Below are positions 1 to 10,749 of a stretch of DNA of 64,000 nt, in pieces (position 1 is the stretch's first letter; each line of letters begins with the position of its first letter). The notes under the pieces were generated by a model. It searched no databases and was not told the origin of the DNA. It was given only the letters and a program-made list of their open reading frames with translations. The DNA lies in the NCBI GenBank assembly GCA_035537335.1, contig DATLMM010000063.1, positions 1,576-65,575 of the forward strand, in the 5' to 3' direction. The stretch comes from Sphingomicrobium sp. GTDB lineage: Bacteria; Pseudomonadota; Alphaproteobacteria; Sphingomonadales; Sphingomonadaceae. Made by a program: the position numbers and the translations under genes.

Positions 1-1512
1 GCCGCCCAGCTGAATGTCCGTACCGCGGCCGGCCATGTTTGTAGCGATGGTCACCGCACCGATGCGGCCGGCCTGGGCCACGATGTGCGCTTCGCTCTCG
101 TGCATGCGGGCGTTTAGAACCGAGTGACGGACCCCTTCGGCATCAAAGTGCTCGGACAGCAGTTCCGATTTCTCGATCGAGACGGTTCCTACCAGCACGG
201 GCTGGCCCGAGTCCTGCCGCTTCTTGATCTCCTTGGCGATGGCCGCGAACTTGTCACCGATGTTCTTGTAGAACTCGTCGTCCTCGTCGATCCGCTGGAC
301 GTCCACGTGGGTCGGGATCGTCACCACATTCATCCGGTAGATGTCAAAGAACTCGGGCGCCTCCGTGGCGGCCGTTCCGGTCATGCCGGACAGCTTCGGG
401 TACATGCGAAAGTAGTTCTGGAAGGTGATGGAGGCGAGGGTCTGGTTCTCCGGCTCGATCGCCACGCCTTCCTTGGCTTCCACGGCCTGGTGGAGGCCGT
501 CGGACCACCGGCGGCCGTCCATCATGCGGCCGGTGAACTCATCGATGATGATGACCTTGCCGTCCTTGACGATGTAGTCGATGTCCTTGCGGAACATGAC
601 ATTGGCCTTGAGCGCCTGGTTGAGGTGGTGGACTACCTGCGTGTTGGCGATATCGTACAGGTTGGCGCCCTCGATCAGGCCCGCTCCCTCCAGCGCCCGT
701 TCGGCCTTTTCGGTGCCCTCTTCCGTCAGCACGACCGACTTCTGCTTCTCGTCCTTTTCGAAGTCGCCCTCGCCAAAGTTCTTCACGATCGCGTCGACCG
801 AGATGTAGAGTTCCGACTTGTCGTCGGTCGGGCCGGAGATGATCAGCGGGGTGCGGGCCTCATCAATCAGGATCGAGTCCACTTCGTCCACAATTGCATA
901 GTGGAACGGCCGCTGGACCATCTGATCGCGCGAGTACTTCATGTTGTCGCGCAGATAGTCGAACCCAAGCTCGTTGTTGGTCGCGTAGGTGATGTCGCAC
1001 TCGTAGGCGGCGCGGCGCTGATCCTCGTTGAGGTTCGGAACGACAACGCCAACGGTCAAACCGAGGAAATTATGTACCTGCCCCATCCACTCGGCATCAC
1101 GCCGGGCAAGATAGTCGTTGACGGTGACCACATGCACGCCCTTGCCGGGAAGGGCGTTGAGATATGTCGCAAGGGTCGCCACCAGCGTCTTGCCCTCACC
1201 GGTGCGCATCTCGGCAATCTCGCCGCGATGGAGCGCGATGCCGCCGATCATCTGCACATCGTAGTGACGTTGGCCGAGCGTGCGCTTGGCCGCCTCCCGG
1301 ACGGTCGCGAACGCTTCCGGCAACAGGTCGTCGAGCAGGGTCCCGTTTTCCAGACGCTGGCGAAACACCTCCGTCTGACCGCGCAATTCCTCGTCGGTCA
1401 TGGCCGAGATGGTCGGCTCGAAACCGCTGATCAGATCAACGGTGCGGCGCAGCTTGGCGACGTAGCGGTCGTTGCTTGAGCCGAAGACCGACTTGGCCAG
1501 CGTGGCGAACAT
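1..1512 (-). CDS. secA: Preprotein translocase subunit SecA (N-terminal part; runs off window start)
   Basis: Reverse strand from ATG at 1512 reads [18 protein letters not shown]..., with MRTGEGKTL (Walker A), [30 protein letters not shown] and [12 protein letters not shown]. Not in the ORF track because it has no stop inside the window. Confidence 0.97.
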   Translation of the reverse strand, partial: MFATLAKSVFGSSNDRYVAKLRRTVDLISGFEPTISAMTDEELRGQTEVFRQRLENGTLLDDLLPEAFATVREAAKRTLGQRHYDVQMIGGIALHRGEIAEMRTGEGKTLVATLATYLNALPGKGVHVVTVNDYLARRDAEWMGQVHNFLGLTVGVVVPNLNEDQRRAAYECDITYATNNELGFDYLRDNMKYSRDQMVQRPFHYAIVDEVDSILIDEARTPLIISGPTDDKSELYISVDAIVKNFGEGDFEKDEKQKSVVLTEEGTEKAERALEGAGLIEGANLYDIANTQVVHHLNQALKANVMFRKDIDYIVKDGKVIIIDEFTGRMMDGRRWSDGLHQAVEAKEGVAIEPENQTLASITFQNYFRMYPKLSGMTGTAATEAPEFFDIYRMNVVTIPTHVDVQRIDEDDEFYKNIGDKFAAIAKEIKKRQDSGQPVLVGTVSIEKSELLSEHFDAEGVRHSVLNARMHESEAHIVAQAGRIGAVTIATNMAGRGTDIQLGG

Positions 1513-1635
1513 CTGAGTTCCTTGAAGCCTGTTAAGTGCGCGAGGCATGACAACGGGACGCCCGCACGAAGGCGTTGGTCGTTAGGCGCGATGTAGGATT
1601 GGCCCGGCGGACAGTCAATCAAGCCGGCGCAAGGA

Positions 1636-1956
1636 TCAGAGTTGCCCTTCCAGCCACTGCTGGATCTGACTGCGCGGGGCAGCGCCGACCTTTTGCGCGA
1701 CTGGCTGGCCGTTCTTGAACAACAGCATCGCCGGGATCCCGCGAACGCCGTAGCGGCCGGGCGTATCCGGATTGTCGTCGATGTTGAGCTTGGCGACAGT
1801 GACCTTCTCGCCGAGCGCAGTGCTGATCTCCTCCAGCGCCGGCGCGATCATCCGGCACGGGCCGCACCATTCCGCCCAGAAATCCACCAGCACAGGCTTG
1901 TCGGAGCCCAACACGTCGGTGGCGAAGCTCTGGTCGGTAACGGTCGTGGTCGGCAT
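1636..1956 (-). CDS. trxA: Thioredoxin
   Basis: WCGPC active site in LVDFWAEWCGPCRM; start moved to MPTTTV behind a GGAG RBS. Confidence 0.96.
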   Translation of the reverse strand: MPTTTVTDQSFATDVLGSDKPVLVDFWAEWCGPCRMIAPALEEISTALGEKVTVAKLNIDDNPDTPGRYGVRGIPAMLLFKNGQPVAQKVGAAPRSQIQQWLEGQL

Positions 1957-2014
1957 GTCGTAAAAACTCCTGATGAGTAGATTAGCAGTCATATGGGACC
2001 GGGCAGTGCCGGCC

Positions 2015-5000
2015 TCAACCGGTCAATCCGATGAGACGAGGGCCGGCGGTGTAAAGCAGTGCGGTCTCGACGCGCTTGCCGGGGAAGATCACCGACAGCG
2101 CGGCGCCGTAGGCCTCCATCTGGGCGCGGTGATGGGTCGGCACCTCCCGCTCTCCCGCGGGTACTTGCCGGCCCGTCTTGAAGTCGATCACCCGCACCCG
2201 ATCCGGCTCGACCAGCAGCCGGTCGACGGTGCCGGCAACCACCCGCCCGTCGGGCAGGGTCGCGGCGATCGGCGCTTCCGCCAGCGAGTTTTCGGCAAAG
2301 AGCGCGGCGAACAGACCGTCGCCGATGAGAGAACAGGCGGAGGTAGCGATCTCCGTGCGAACGGCTGGGTCGGGAACTCCGGCTGATTGCTCCAGCCAAA
2401 GCAGGGCGGCGGCGTGTCGCTGGTCGCTGGGCACACCCGGAAGCCGCTCGAACAGCGAATGCAGCAGGACACCGCGGCGGGCAGCGGCCCGCAGGTCGTG
2501 ACTGGGTGGCGGGGCGGCTTCGCGATCTTCAACCAGCTGCGACGGGGCGAGCGGCCGCGACGGACGCGCTTCGACGGGAGCAGCGTGGCGGAGCCAGTCC
2601 GGCAGAATCGGTAACGGCAAGGGCAAGGCTTTGCGCCGGACCCGCGGTGCGCTGGGCGGGACATCGCCGGAGTAGCGCAGCACGTCGCCGTCCCATTCGG
2701 CGCCAACCTGCTCCATGGCGGCCTGCACCCGCGCGTGCCAGCTATTCTCCGGCAGATCGCCGCGGCCGGGCGCAAGCCCCGCGACCACCAGCCGCTCGCC
2801 GGGCCGAGTCAATGCGACGTAGAGCAGCCGCCAATGCTCCTCCAGATCGCGCTCCTTCGCTTGCGCGATGATGCTGGTGTAGGGCTCGCCCAGTTCCGGC
2901 TTGCGCGGTCGGATCACCGGCGCCTTTCCGGCCTCGCCCAGCGGAACGGCGATCGGGCCGTTGCGCTCCCCCAGCTTGGCTGGGTCGGCAGTGGCGTCGG
3001 CCAGGATCACGACCGGCGCTTCGAGCCCCTTGGCGCCGTGCACGGTCATGACCCGGACGGCGTCGGCGGGCGCGGAAGGGTCACGCTTGATCTCAACCTC
3101 GCCGCTGCCGAACCAGTGAAGGAAACGGTCGAGCGAGGCGATTTCCGAGCGCTCGAACTCGAAGGCAGCAGCGACGAGTTCGTCGATCGGGTCCCGCGCG
3201 GCCGCGCCAAGCCGCTCCAGCAGCTTGCGGCGCCCGTCGATCGGTCCGGACAGGATTGTCTCCAGAAAGCGCGCGGGCGTGGTGAAGTCGGCCATGGCCA
3301 GCAGCCCGCCGAGCACCTCGCGGGCCTCGGCCAAATGCCCACTCTCCGTTGCCCGGCGGCCAAGCTCCACCCACAGGGCGGCCGAGCGGCCGTGTGCCAG
3401 CCCGTAGAGCTGGTCTTGGTTCCAGCCGATCAGGGGCGAGACCAGCAGGCTGGCTAGCGTCAGGTCATCGAGCGGCTGAACGGCGAAGGCGACCGCCGCC
3501 ATCAGGTCCTTGACTGCCAGCGGCGACGACAGATGCAACCGGTCGATGCCAGCCACCGGCACCGCTTCCGCGAACAGCCGCGCCACGATCAGCGACGCAA
3601 GCTCGCCCCGGCTGCGGACCAGGATCAGCACGTCGCCGGCGCTCATCGGCTGCCCGGTCGTCTCGAGCACCGGTGCCTCGTCCAGCCAATGCTTCACGGT
3701 CCGCGCAAGCAAGGTCGCGTACTTGCGGGCAGGCTCGGCGATCCAGCCCTCCTCCCCTTCCTCGCCGCCCTCCTCATCTTCCTCGATCTGGAACGCGGGC
3801 CACAGTTCGACGGAGCCTGACCGCCACAACCAGTGCGCCCGATGCGGGTTGGGCTGGTCAGGCAAACCCATTTCGACCGATCCCACCTCGGCGATCACTG
3901 CATCCACCACGTCCAGAACTGCCTGCGATGAGCGGAAGCTGCGATCGATCGACAGGTCCTCAAACGGGCGGCTGTCGTCGACGATCTTCCGCAACGCTTC
4001 GGCCCGCTGGCGAAAGCGGCTGCGCGCCTGGTCAAACTCGCGCGGGTCGGTCCCCTGAAAGCCGTAGATCGCCTGCTTGAAGTCACCAACCATGAACAAG
4101 GTGCGGTGGGAGGGGCCTGCGCCTTCCCCGGCAAAATATTCGTCGGCCAGCGCCTCGATGATCGCCCATTGATCGAGGTTGGTGTCCTGCGCCTCATCGA
4201 CCAGGATGTGGTCGGTGCGCCTGTCGAGCTTGTAGCGGACCCACTCGCCCATTCCGGGCGTCGCCAGCAACTCCCGGGTCCAGCGAATGAGGTCGTCGAA
4301 ATCTGCCACTCCCTCCGCCCGCTTGGCCCGGGTGTAGGCTTCGGCAAAGCGTGCGCCGGCCCGCAATCCAGCGGCTTGCACGGCAACCAGTTCAGCCTGG
4401 CGCATGAGGGCGAGGAGTTCCGCTACCTCCCCTGCCAGGCTGTCGCAGTGCTCCTGCGCCAGCGGCTCCACCTTGAGGACGCCGCCCTGCACCTTGCGGC
4501 GTTCACCGCCTTGCGTGAACACCACGCTGGCGAGCTGTCCCAACGAACGGCAGCGCTCGCCCGGTGGCAAGGCGAGCCAGCCCTCGATGTCGTCGGCGAC
4601 CGCGTGACCAGTCTTGGTATTCCAGCCGCGATGGGCCTGTACCATCGCATGCAGTAGTGCACAGTCGAAGCTGCCATCGTCGCAGCGGACCGTGACTAGT
4701 TCCTCGATCGAACCTTCAGGCAGGCCTAGGCGACTTCGAAGTGCCGGCTCGACCGCCTCCGGCAGCGCGAAGTAGGTCATCGCCTCGGGCTCACGAGCGC
4801 AGGCGAGCAGGTATCGCTCGGCCTCCCGCTCACCCACCCGCCGGCTGAGCAGCTGCAGGTCGGCGATCAGCCCGTCACCAGCTGCCTCGGAGTCCGCCAC
4901 CAAGGTCGCCAGAGTACGGCGGGCGAGCAGTTGCTCTTCCCGCCCTTCGATGGCACGGAAGCCGGGCGTGATCCCGGCCTCTGCCGGAAAGGCGGCGAGC

Positions 5001-5398
5001 AGCGTTTGCGCGAAGCTGTGAATGGTCTGGATGCGAAGTCCGCCCGGCGCGTCCAGCACTTGCGCGAACAGGCGGCGCGCTCGCTGGCGGCTCTCCGGAC
5101 CGACATCGGCTCCCAGCGCTCTCAGCTCCGCACCGAGCGCCGTCTCCGGTAGCCGGACCCAGCTCGCCAGCCGGGCGCCGATCCGGTTGGCCATCTCGGC
5201 AGCGCCAGCCTTGGTGAAGGTCAGGCACAATATGCTCTCGGGCGTCGCGCCGCCCAGCAGCAGCCGCAGAACCCGTGCCGTCAGGACTTGCGTCTTGCCG
5301 GTGCCGGCGCTGGCCGACAGGGCGGCATGGATCGCCGGATCAGCGGCGCGGGCCTGGTCCGGCTGGAGTGGCTTCAGGGGTTTGAACCGACGCGACAT
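2015..5398 (-). CDS. addA: Double-strand break repair helicase/nuclease AddA
   Basis: UvrD motifs ASAGTGKT, LVDEAQD, MTVHGAKGLE, LLYVALTR; C-terminal nuclease GTVDRL..IDFKTG; next to addB. Confidence 0.95.
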   Translation of the reverse strand: MSRRFKPLKPLQPDQARAADPAIHAALSASAGTGKTQVLTARVLRLLLGGATPESILCLTFTKAGAAEMANRIGARLASWVRLPETALGAELRALGADVGPESRQRARRLFAQVLDAPGGLRIQTIHSFAQTLLAAFPAEAGITPGFRAIEGREEQLLARRTLATLVADSEAAGDGLIADLQLLSRRVGEREAERYLLACAREPEAMTYFALPEAVEPALRSRLGLPEGSIEELVTVRCDDGSFDCALLHAMVQAHRGWNTKTGHAVADDIEGWLALPPGERCRSLGQLASVVFTQGGERRKVQGGVLKVEPLAQEHCDSLAGEVAELLALMRQAELVAVQAAGLRAGARFAEAYTRAKRAEGVADFDDLIRWTRELLATPGMGEWVRYKLDRRTDHILVDEAQDTNLDQWAIIEALADEYFAGEGAGPSHRTLFMVGDFKQAIYGFQGTDPREFDQARSRFRQRAEALRKIVDDSRPFEDLSIDRSFRSSQAVLDVVDAVIAEVGSVEMGLPDQPNPHRAHWLWRSGSVELWPAFQIEEDEEGGEEGEEGWIAEPARKYATLLARTVKHWLDEAPVLETTGQPMSAGDVLILVRSRGELASLIVARLFAEAVPVAGIDRLHLSSPLAVKDLMAAVAFAVQPLDDLTLASLLVSPLIGWNQDQLYGLAHGRSAALWVELGRRATESGHLAEAREVLGGLLAMADFTTPARFLETILSGPIDGRRKLLERLGAAARDPIDELVAAAFEFERSEIASLDRFLHWFGSGEVEIKRDPSAPADAVRVMTVHGAKGLEAPVVILADATADPAKLGERNGPIAVPLGEAGKAPVIRPRKPELGEPYTSIIAQAKERDLEEHWRLLYVALTRPGERLVVAGLAPGRGDLPENSWHARVQAAMEQVGAEWDGDVLRYSGDVPPSAPRVRRKALPLPLPILPDWLRHAAPVEARPSRPLAPSQLVEDREAAPPPSHDLRAAARRGVLLHSLFERLPGVPSDQRHAAALLWLEQSAGVPDPAVRTEIATSACSLIGDGLFAALFAENSLAEAPIAATLPDGRVVAGTVDRLLVEPDRVRVIDFKTGRQVPAGEREVPTHHRAQMEAYGAALSVIFPGKRVETALLYTAGPRLIGLTG

Positions 5399-5470
5399 GG
5401 TGTCGGCATAGCGCTTCCCTTGGCCGTTGCCAGCGGGCTAAAGAGGGTTCGACACTTTGGGAGTAACCTC

Positions 5471-5629
5471 GTGAGCGACGACGCGGCCAAGCGGCCGGTG
5501 ACCGACAAGACGGTCGGCGACAAGCCGGAAGGCAAGCAGTTCAAGACCGGCGTGGCGGTGGGCATCGGCTCGGCCGCGATCGTGGCGGCGCTGCTCTACG
5601 CCCGGTCGAACAAGCCAAGAAAGAAGTAG
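5471..5629 (+). CDS. Small (52 aa) protein with one hydrophobic segment and basic tail, hypothetical
   Basis: GGGAG RBS before GTG at 5471; GVAVGIGSAAIVAALLYA then RSNKPRKK; fills the addB-addA gap on the opposite strand. Confidence 0.6.
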   Translation: MSDDAAKRPVTDKTVGDKPEGKQFKTGVAVGIGSAAIVAALLYARSNKPRKK

Positions 5630-5656
5630 GCGGGTCCGCCTCCGCCGGGATGAAGA

Positions 5657-8569
5657 TTACTCCCGGCCGTACCACTCCTCCAGCCGCATTAGCTGGTCGT
5701 ATTCGCCATAGGGCGCGAAGTCCGGGTGGAGCTTGGCCACGAACGGCTTGTCGCCGAGCAGATATTCGGCCGCAACAGCAGCGAACGACGCTTGAGCATG
5801 GGCCAGAAAGTCGGCCGCGCCGCTCTTCCCGTCCATCGCCGTTCGCTTGCCGAACTTGTCGCGGTCCTTGGCCAGCGACCAATATTCATGCGCACCCGGC
5901 AGGCCAGCGATCTCCGCAAACCCGCCCGCCCGAGCGATCAGTCCGAGCAAGCCAAGCTGCAGCGCAAACCCGGCCTCGACCGCCTTGGCCGACGGTGCCT
6001 TGCCCGTCTTGTAGTCGATGACGCCAAGCCCGCCATCCGCCAGCCGGTCGATGCGGTCGGCCTTGCCGTGCAGGGTGACGCCCGACACTTCCGCCTCGCC
6101 CTTGGCTTCTGCCGCAAGCGGAGTGCGGCCGGCTCCCGCATCCTTGCGCACTTCCTCCGCCACCCACTCGATCGCTTCCAGCAGCCGCGGCTGCCACAAG
6201 GCGCGAAGCATCGGGTGAATGGCCTCGCCCTCCAGCAGCAGGCGGGCGCGCGGCAGCAGCAGGTCGGGGTCGCAGCGGTCCTGCGCCAGCCAGTCTTCAA
6301 GCACCTCGTGCACGGCGCTGCCCTTCCATGCCGCCGTGTGATCGGCGTCCACCGGGTCCAGCGCGCGCAGGTTGAGCATGGCCTGGGCGTAAAAGGCGAA
6401 GGGGTCGGCCTTGAGCCGGTCGACGGAAGTCACCGCGATCCGGCGCGGGCGCTCGGCGGCTGGCGGGCGCGGTGCCGGCCTCCTGACAGGCTTCTCTGCA
6501 GCCGGCTTGTCGATCGCGGTTGCGAGCCGCTCCAGCCGATGGTCACGGGCCAGGCCGCCGGTCATCGCTTGCAGGCGCAGCAGCAAGCGCGAAGCCACCG
6601 TTGGCGAGCGCCCGTCCCGCCGCGCGCGGGTCAGCAGGACTCGCGGCGCCCCGAGCAGGCTGGCGAAATCATGCGCTGCAAGGCCGATCCGGAACTCAAG
6701 CCCGGGTAGCCCGAGGTTGGCCCGGATCTTGGGCGCAAGCCAGGGATCGGGCGCCGGCAGCGCGGGCCAGACCCCTTCATTCAATCCGCCGAGGATCATC
6801 AGGTCGGCGTGGGCCAGCCGCGCTTCCAACAGACCAAGGATCTGGATGCGCGGGTGCCCGCCATAAGGTGGTCGCACCGCTTGGGCATCGAGCAGCTGCC
6901 GAAGCAGGGGAACGGCGTCCTCCGCTCGCAGCTCGACCAACGCGGCGCCGTCCGCTTCCTCCAGCCGGGCGAGGAGATCGGCGGCCGCACGGCCATCCGG
7001 CCCCGCCCAGGCTGCGTCGCCAGCCACGGCCGTGGCGAACTCGCGCAGGGAGGCGGCGAAACGTTGCAGGGTGACGCGGCCGGCGAAGGCCTGGTCGAGC
7101 CGTTGAAGGCACGGGCGCAGCGTGGCCCAGGCCTCGCCACAGCCGCGTGTCTTTCTGTCGGCGTCTTTCTCGCGGCAATGGGCATCGATCCCCGCGAGCC
7201 CTTCGGGAGGACGCGGACCGCGCAAGGCCAGATCGAGCATCCGGGCCGCGTCGAGCCATGCCTGACGGTCATCGCCCGCACCGGCCAGCGGGTGCTTCAG
7301 CAGCGCCAGGGTCGCCACTGGTGCCAGCCGTTCGGCGCTTGCCGCGGCAATCCCAAGCAGCAAGGTGCCGGCCGGTGTCTGGCCCAGCGGCCTGCCGGCG
7401 CTGTCGTCCGCGCTGATCCCCCAGCGCGCCAGCAAGGCCGACACGCGCACCGCAAGCATTCGGTCGGGCGTGACCAGCGCGGCAGTCCTCTCCGGCGTCT
7501 CCAACGCTTCACGGAGCGCGATGGCGATTGCCTGGGCTTCGGCAGCCGGATCGGCCAGCTCGGCCAGGCGGACGCCGGACAGGCGGCGTTCGGGCGGCGG
7601 AAGGCTGGCCCAGCGATCGGTGAAGCGGGCGGACTTCATGGCATGGGCGATCGCCCGATCACGGATCGCCTTTGCCGAAGCGCGACCCGCCGGCCGCCAC
7701 GGCTCCACTTCCTCCCGGTTCACGCCGATCCGATCCAGCAAGCGCTTCAGGTGGAATTGCGGGTGCGTCTCGTCGGCACGTCCGCTGTCAGGATCCGGGC
7801 CAAGCGCCTCCCATTCCTCATCGCTCATCAGTCGCGACGAACTCAGTGTCGGCAGTACGACGCACCCGTCCGGCATTTGCGCTATCCGCGCCAGCAGGGC
7901 GGCGACGGCCGGCGCGGAAGTGGTGATCCCGGCCGCCACTGTGAAGCCGGGCGGTGGCGCACTCGCCCATCGCTGGGCCGTCGCGCGGAGCAGGCGATTG
8001 CGGCGGTCGGCAAGATCGATCCGGCCCAGCGCCCGCAGTTCGAGCGGCCAGGCGGTCAGCAGCGCCTGCAGCCGTTCCAGCGACAATTGCCAGTGCCGGG
8101 CGAGATCCGGCGCGTCGGCGACCGCTTCGGCCAGCTGCGAGGGCGCCACTTCCTCGATCTGCAAGGCATCGAGGGTGCGTGCGAGATCGGCTGCCAGGCG
8201 CAAGCTTTCGGCGGCGCCAGTGCCCACCTGCCGGCCGACCTGCCGGGCAAGCGTCACCAGCCGTGCCAAGGGCTCCACCGCTGGCGGAACCGGCTCGCCG
8301 CCAGCCGGATCGAGAGCTCCGCCGATGCGATCGTCCAGCTCGGGGTCGCCGATCGCGATCAGCCGGGGCAGCACCAGCCCGGTGCCGCTAGCTCGCACGA
8401 ACGCCTCGGTCACCGTGCGGATCGCGCGATTGTTCGGCAGCAGGATGCGTCCGCGAGCCAGCGCCAGCGGGTCCGATCGATGCTGGCGAAGCAGGCCGGC
8501 CACCAGCGCATCGGCGAAGCTGCGGTGCGCGCCAACCGTGAAAACGCACGGCCGCACGGCTTCAGGCAA
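5657..8569 (-). CDS. addB: Double-strand break repair protein AddB
   Basis: LLPNNRA, ILGLLEARL, GLNEGVWP and C-terminal PD-(D/E)xK nuclease GKADRID..IDYKTG; context. Confidence 0.93.
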   Translation of the reverse strand: MPEAVRPCVFTVGAHRSFADALVAGLLRQHRSDPLALARGRILLPNNRAIRTVTEAFVRASGTGLVLPRLIAIGDPELDDRIGGALDPAGGEPVPPAVEPLARLVTLARQVGRQVGTGAAESLRLAADLARTLDALQIEEVAPSQLAEAVADAPDLARHWQLSLERLQALLTAWPLELRALGRIDLADRRNRLLRATAQRWASAPPPGFTVAAGITTSAPAVAALLARIAQMPDGCVVLPTLSSSRLMSDEEWEALGPDPDSGRADETHPQFHLKRLLDRIGVNREEVEPWRPAGRASAKAIRDRAIAHAMKSARFTDRWASLPPPERRLSGVRLAELADPAAEAQAIAIALREALETPERTAALVTPDRMLAVRVSALLARWGISADDSAGRPLGQTPAGTLLLGIAAASAERLAPVATLALLKHPLAGAGDDRQAWLDAARMLDLALRGPRPPEGLAGIDAHCREKDADRKTRGCGEAWATLRPCLQRLDQAFAGRVTLQRFAASLREFATAVAGDAAWAGPDGRAAADLLARLEEADGAALVELRAEDAVPLLRQLLDAQAVRPPYGGHPRIQILGLLEARLAHADLMILGGLNEGVWPALPAPDPWLAPKIRANLGLPGLEFRIGLAAHDFASLLGAPRVLLTRARRDGRSPTVASRLLLRLQAMTGGLARDHRLERLATAIDKPAAEKPVRRPAPRPPAAERPRRIAVTSVDRLKADPFAFYAQAMLNLRALDPVDADHTAAWKGSAVHEVLEDWLAQDRCDPDLLLPRARLLLEGEAIHPMLRALWQPRLLEAIEWVAEEVRKDAGAGRTPLAAEAKGEAEVSGVTLHGKADRIDRLADGGLGVIDYKTGKAPSAKAVEAGFALQLGLLGLIARAGGFAEIAGLPGAHEYWSLAKDRDKFGKRTAMDGKSGAADFLAHAQASFAAVAAEYLLGDKPFVAKLHPDFAPYGEYDQLMRLEEWYGRE

Positions 8570-9329
8570 GGTTGAGCGCCTGCTCGGTCATCGCGATGGC
8601 GCTCGGCGTGCCGACGTCGAACCACAGTCCCTGGTGAACGACGCCGAAGCAGCGCCCGTCGGCAATCGCCTTGTCCCACAGGATGTTGGTCGAGAAGACT
8701 CCGGTCGGAGCGTCATCCAGCATGCGCTTGGAAAGCATTTGAATGCCGGTGTAGACGAACGGCGCCACCTTGGCCTTGGTCCGGCGGCGCAAACGCCCTT
8801 GCGCGTCCATGTGGAAATCGCCCTGCCCCGTGTGATTGCCCGCCCTGGATTGCGGGACCAGCAGCAACAGCGCGTCCATCCGCTCGTCGTCCCAGTGGCT
8901 GGCGAGCAGCTTCAGGGTGTCGGACGGGCCATCGACCCAGAAGTTGTCGCTGTTGACCGCCAGGAACGGGTCGCAATCGATCAGCGGCAGGGCGTGCTTC
9001 AGCCCGCCGCCGGTCTCCAGCAACAGCTGGCGCTCGTCGGAGATGGCGACGTCGAGGTCGCCCGCCTTGTTCTTGAGGTGAGCTTCCAGCGCGCCGGCAA
9101 GGTAATGAACGTTGACGACGACCCGCTCCACCCCCGCGACGCGCAGGTGATCGAGCACATGATCGAGCAGTGCCTTGCCCGCGACTTCCACCAGTGGCTT
9201 GGGCTTGGTTGCGGTCAGTGGGCGCATCCTCTTGCCGAGCCCGGCCGCCATGACCATCGCCGTGCGCGGGACTTCCGCTTCGATCCGGGGGCGCAGCCGT
9301 AGCGCACGTTTTACGGTAGCAACGGTCAT
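8562..9329 (-). CDS. murU: Nucleotidyltransferase, MurU-like (MurNAc-1-P uridylyltransferase)
   Basis: AAGLGKRMRPLT..PKPL and LLETGGG motifs; follows amgK-like kinase. Confidence 0.8.
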   Translation of the reverse strand: MTVATVKRALRLRPRIEAEVPRTAMVMAAGLGKRMRPLTATKPKPLVEVAGKALLDHVLDHLRVAGVERVVVNVHYLAGALEAHLKNKAGDLDVAISDERQLLLETGGGLKHALPLIDCDPFLAVNSDNFWVDGPSDTLKLLASHWDDERMDALLLLVPQSRAGNHTGQGDFHMDAQGRLRRRTKAKVAPFVYTGIQMLSKRMLDDAPTGVFSTNILWDKAIADGRCFGVVHQGLWFDVGTPSAIAMTEQALNLA

Positions 9330-10312
9330 GCGGCCTCCAGCCAGGGAGAGATGCGGGCTTGTGCCGGTACATGCGCGGCAAACCAATCGCGAATCGGCTC
9401 AAGGCCCGGCTGCGCGAGATCTCGCTCAAGGAGACCCCACATGCGCGGTTGGAAGCGCCGGTAGCCGGGTTTGCCGTCTCGCTTCCACAGCCGGGTGAAC
9501 ACGCCCAGGATGCGGGTGTTGCGCTGTGCTGCAAGCGCCCAATAGGCCCGCTCGAACCCTTCCGGCGTGCTCGTCGTCGCCTTGTAGCGGTTGATCATCG
9601 CCCGCTCGATGTCAGGCGATACGTCCCGGCGCCCGTCCTCCAGCACGGAGCAAAGGTCATAGGCCGGGTGCCCGGCGAGCGCGTCCTGGAAATCCAGCAA
9701 TCCAAGGTGCGTGATCCCCTCTCGCTCACCGACCAGCATGATGTTCTCGGCATGATAGTCGCGCAGCACCGTGACCGGTCCAAGCCCATCGCCGACGACT
9801 GGTGCGAGCACCTGCTTCCACGCTGAACGGAAGCTCGTCCGATCCGCATCGATCCCGACCGCCGGGCAGTACCAATCAGTGAACAGCTCAACTTCGGTCA
9901 GCCATTCGGAGAGGCCGTGCGGCTGGAGCCCTGGCATCGGCGGATGCCGATGGAGTTCGACCAGCAGGTCCGTGGCAACCGCGTAGAGCTCCCGCTCCCG
10001 CTCCGGCGAACTGTCGAGGTGCTCACGAAATCGATCGTCACCGAGATCGCTGAGCAGCAGCAAGCCTTGCTCCAGGTCTCGTGCCAGAACCTGCGGCGCG
10101 CTCAACCCCAAGCCACAAAGCCAGTCGGCAACGGCGACAAACGGGCGCGGGTCCTCATGCGGCGGTGGAGCATCCATCAGCACCGCCATCCGCTCTCCGT
10201 GGCGAACCCTGAAATAGCGGCGAAAGCTCGCGTCGCCCGCCAATGGCTCGATCGCTGCGCCCTCCCAGCCGTTCTTGGACAGGAAGGCGGGTGCGTGTGG
10301 CGGCGGTGTCAT
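9326..10312 (-). CDS. amgK: Aminoglycoside-phosphotransferase-family kinase, AmgK-like
   Basis: LAGDASFRRYFR, LRDYHAENIM, LLDFQDA; tsaE-amgK-murU order. Confidence 0.82.
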   Translation of the reverse strand: MTPPPHAPAFLSKNGWEGAAIEPLAGDASFRRYFRVRHGERMAVLMDAPPPHEDPRPFVAVADWLCGLGLSAPQVLARDLEQGLLLLSDLGDDRFREHLDSSPERERELYAVATDLLVELHRHPPMPGLQPHGLSEWLTEVELFTDWYCPAVGIDADRTSFRSAWKQVLAPVVGDGLGPVTVLRDYHAENIMLVGEREGITHLGLLDFQDALAGHPAYDLCSVLEDGRRDVSPDIERAMINRYKATTSTPEGFERAYWALAAQRNTRILGVFTRLWKRDGKPGYRRFQPRMWGLLERDLAQPGLEPIRDWFAAHVPAQARISPWLEAA

Positions 10313-10749
10313 GCTGCTGGAGGCCATCGGCCTTCCCATGCCGGGGGCACCACCCAAGTCAAGGATCGTGCTCCGTTAGGGGCAAAGCCGAGCGAAAGCC
10401 TGAGCGCCTGTGGCCACGCCGCCGCACCTGCCCGTTCCGGCCATTCGACCAGCAGCGCACCATCATGGAGTGCGTCGTCCAGGCCAAGCTGCGCCAGTTC
10501 TGAAGGGTCCTCCAGGCGATACAGGTCGCAATGGGAGATCGGCAGCGGGAGATCGTCATAGGGCTGGACGATGGCAAAGGTCGGACTGGGCACCTCGCCG
10601 AAGTGGCCCGCGGCCTTCAGCACCGCCCGGGCAAGTGCCGTCTTACCGACGCCGAGCGGTCCGGAGAGAGTGATGACGTCTCCAGCGCGCAGGCGGCTCG
10701 CGAGCTCCGCCCCGATATCCGCCGTGCTCGCCTCATCCTCCAGGATCAT
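10309..10749 (-). CDS. tsaE: tRNA threonylcarbamoyladenosine biosynthesis ATPase TsaE
   Basis: GPLGVGKT, VPSPTF, HCDLYRL, LVEWPE motifs. Confidence 0.95.
   Translation of the reverse strand: MILEDEASTADIGAELASRLRAGDVITLSGPLGVGKTALARAVLKAAGHFGEVPSPTFAIVQPYDDLPLPISHCDLYRLEDPSELAQLGLDDALHDGALLVEWPERAGAAAWPQALRLSLGFAPNGARSLTWVVPPAWEGRWPPAA

Noticed and set aside
124-1479. 451-aa + strand ORF
   Set aside because: Antisense shadow of secA, which is clearly encoded on the minus strand.
6809-9302. Long + strand ORFs (588 and 645 aa), and similarly 20877-22832 on the minus strand
   Set aside because: Shadow frames opposite addB/murU and TBDR2, expected in high-GC DNA; no recognisable motifs.
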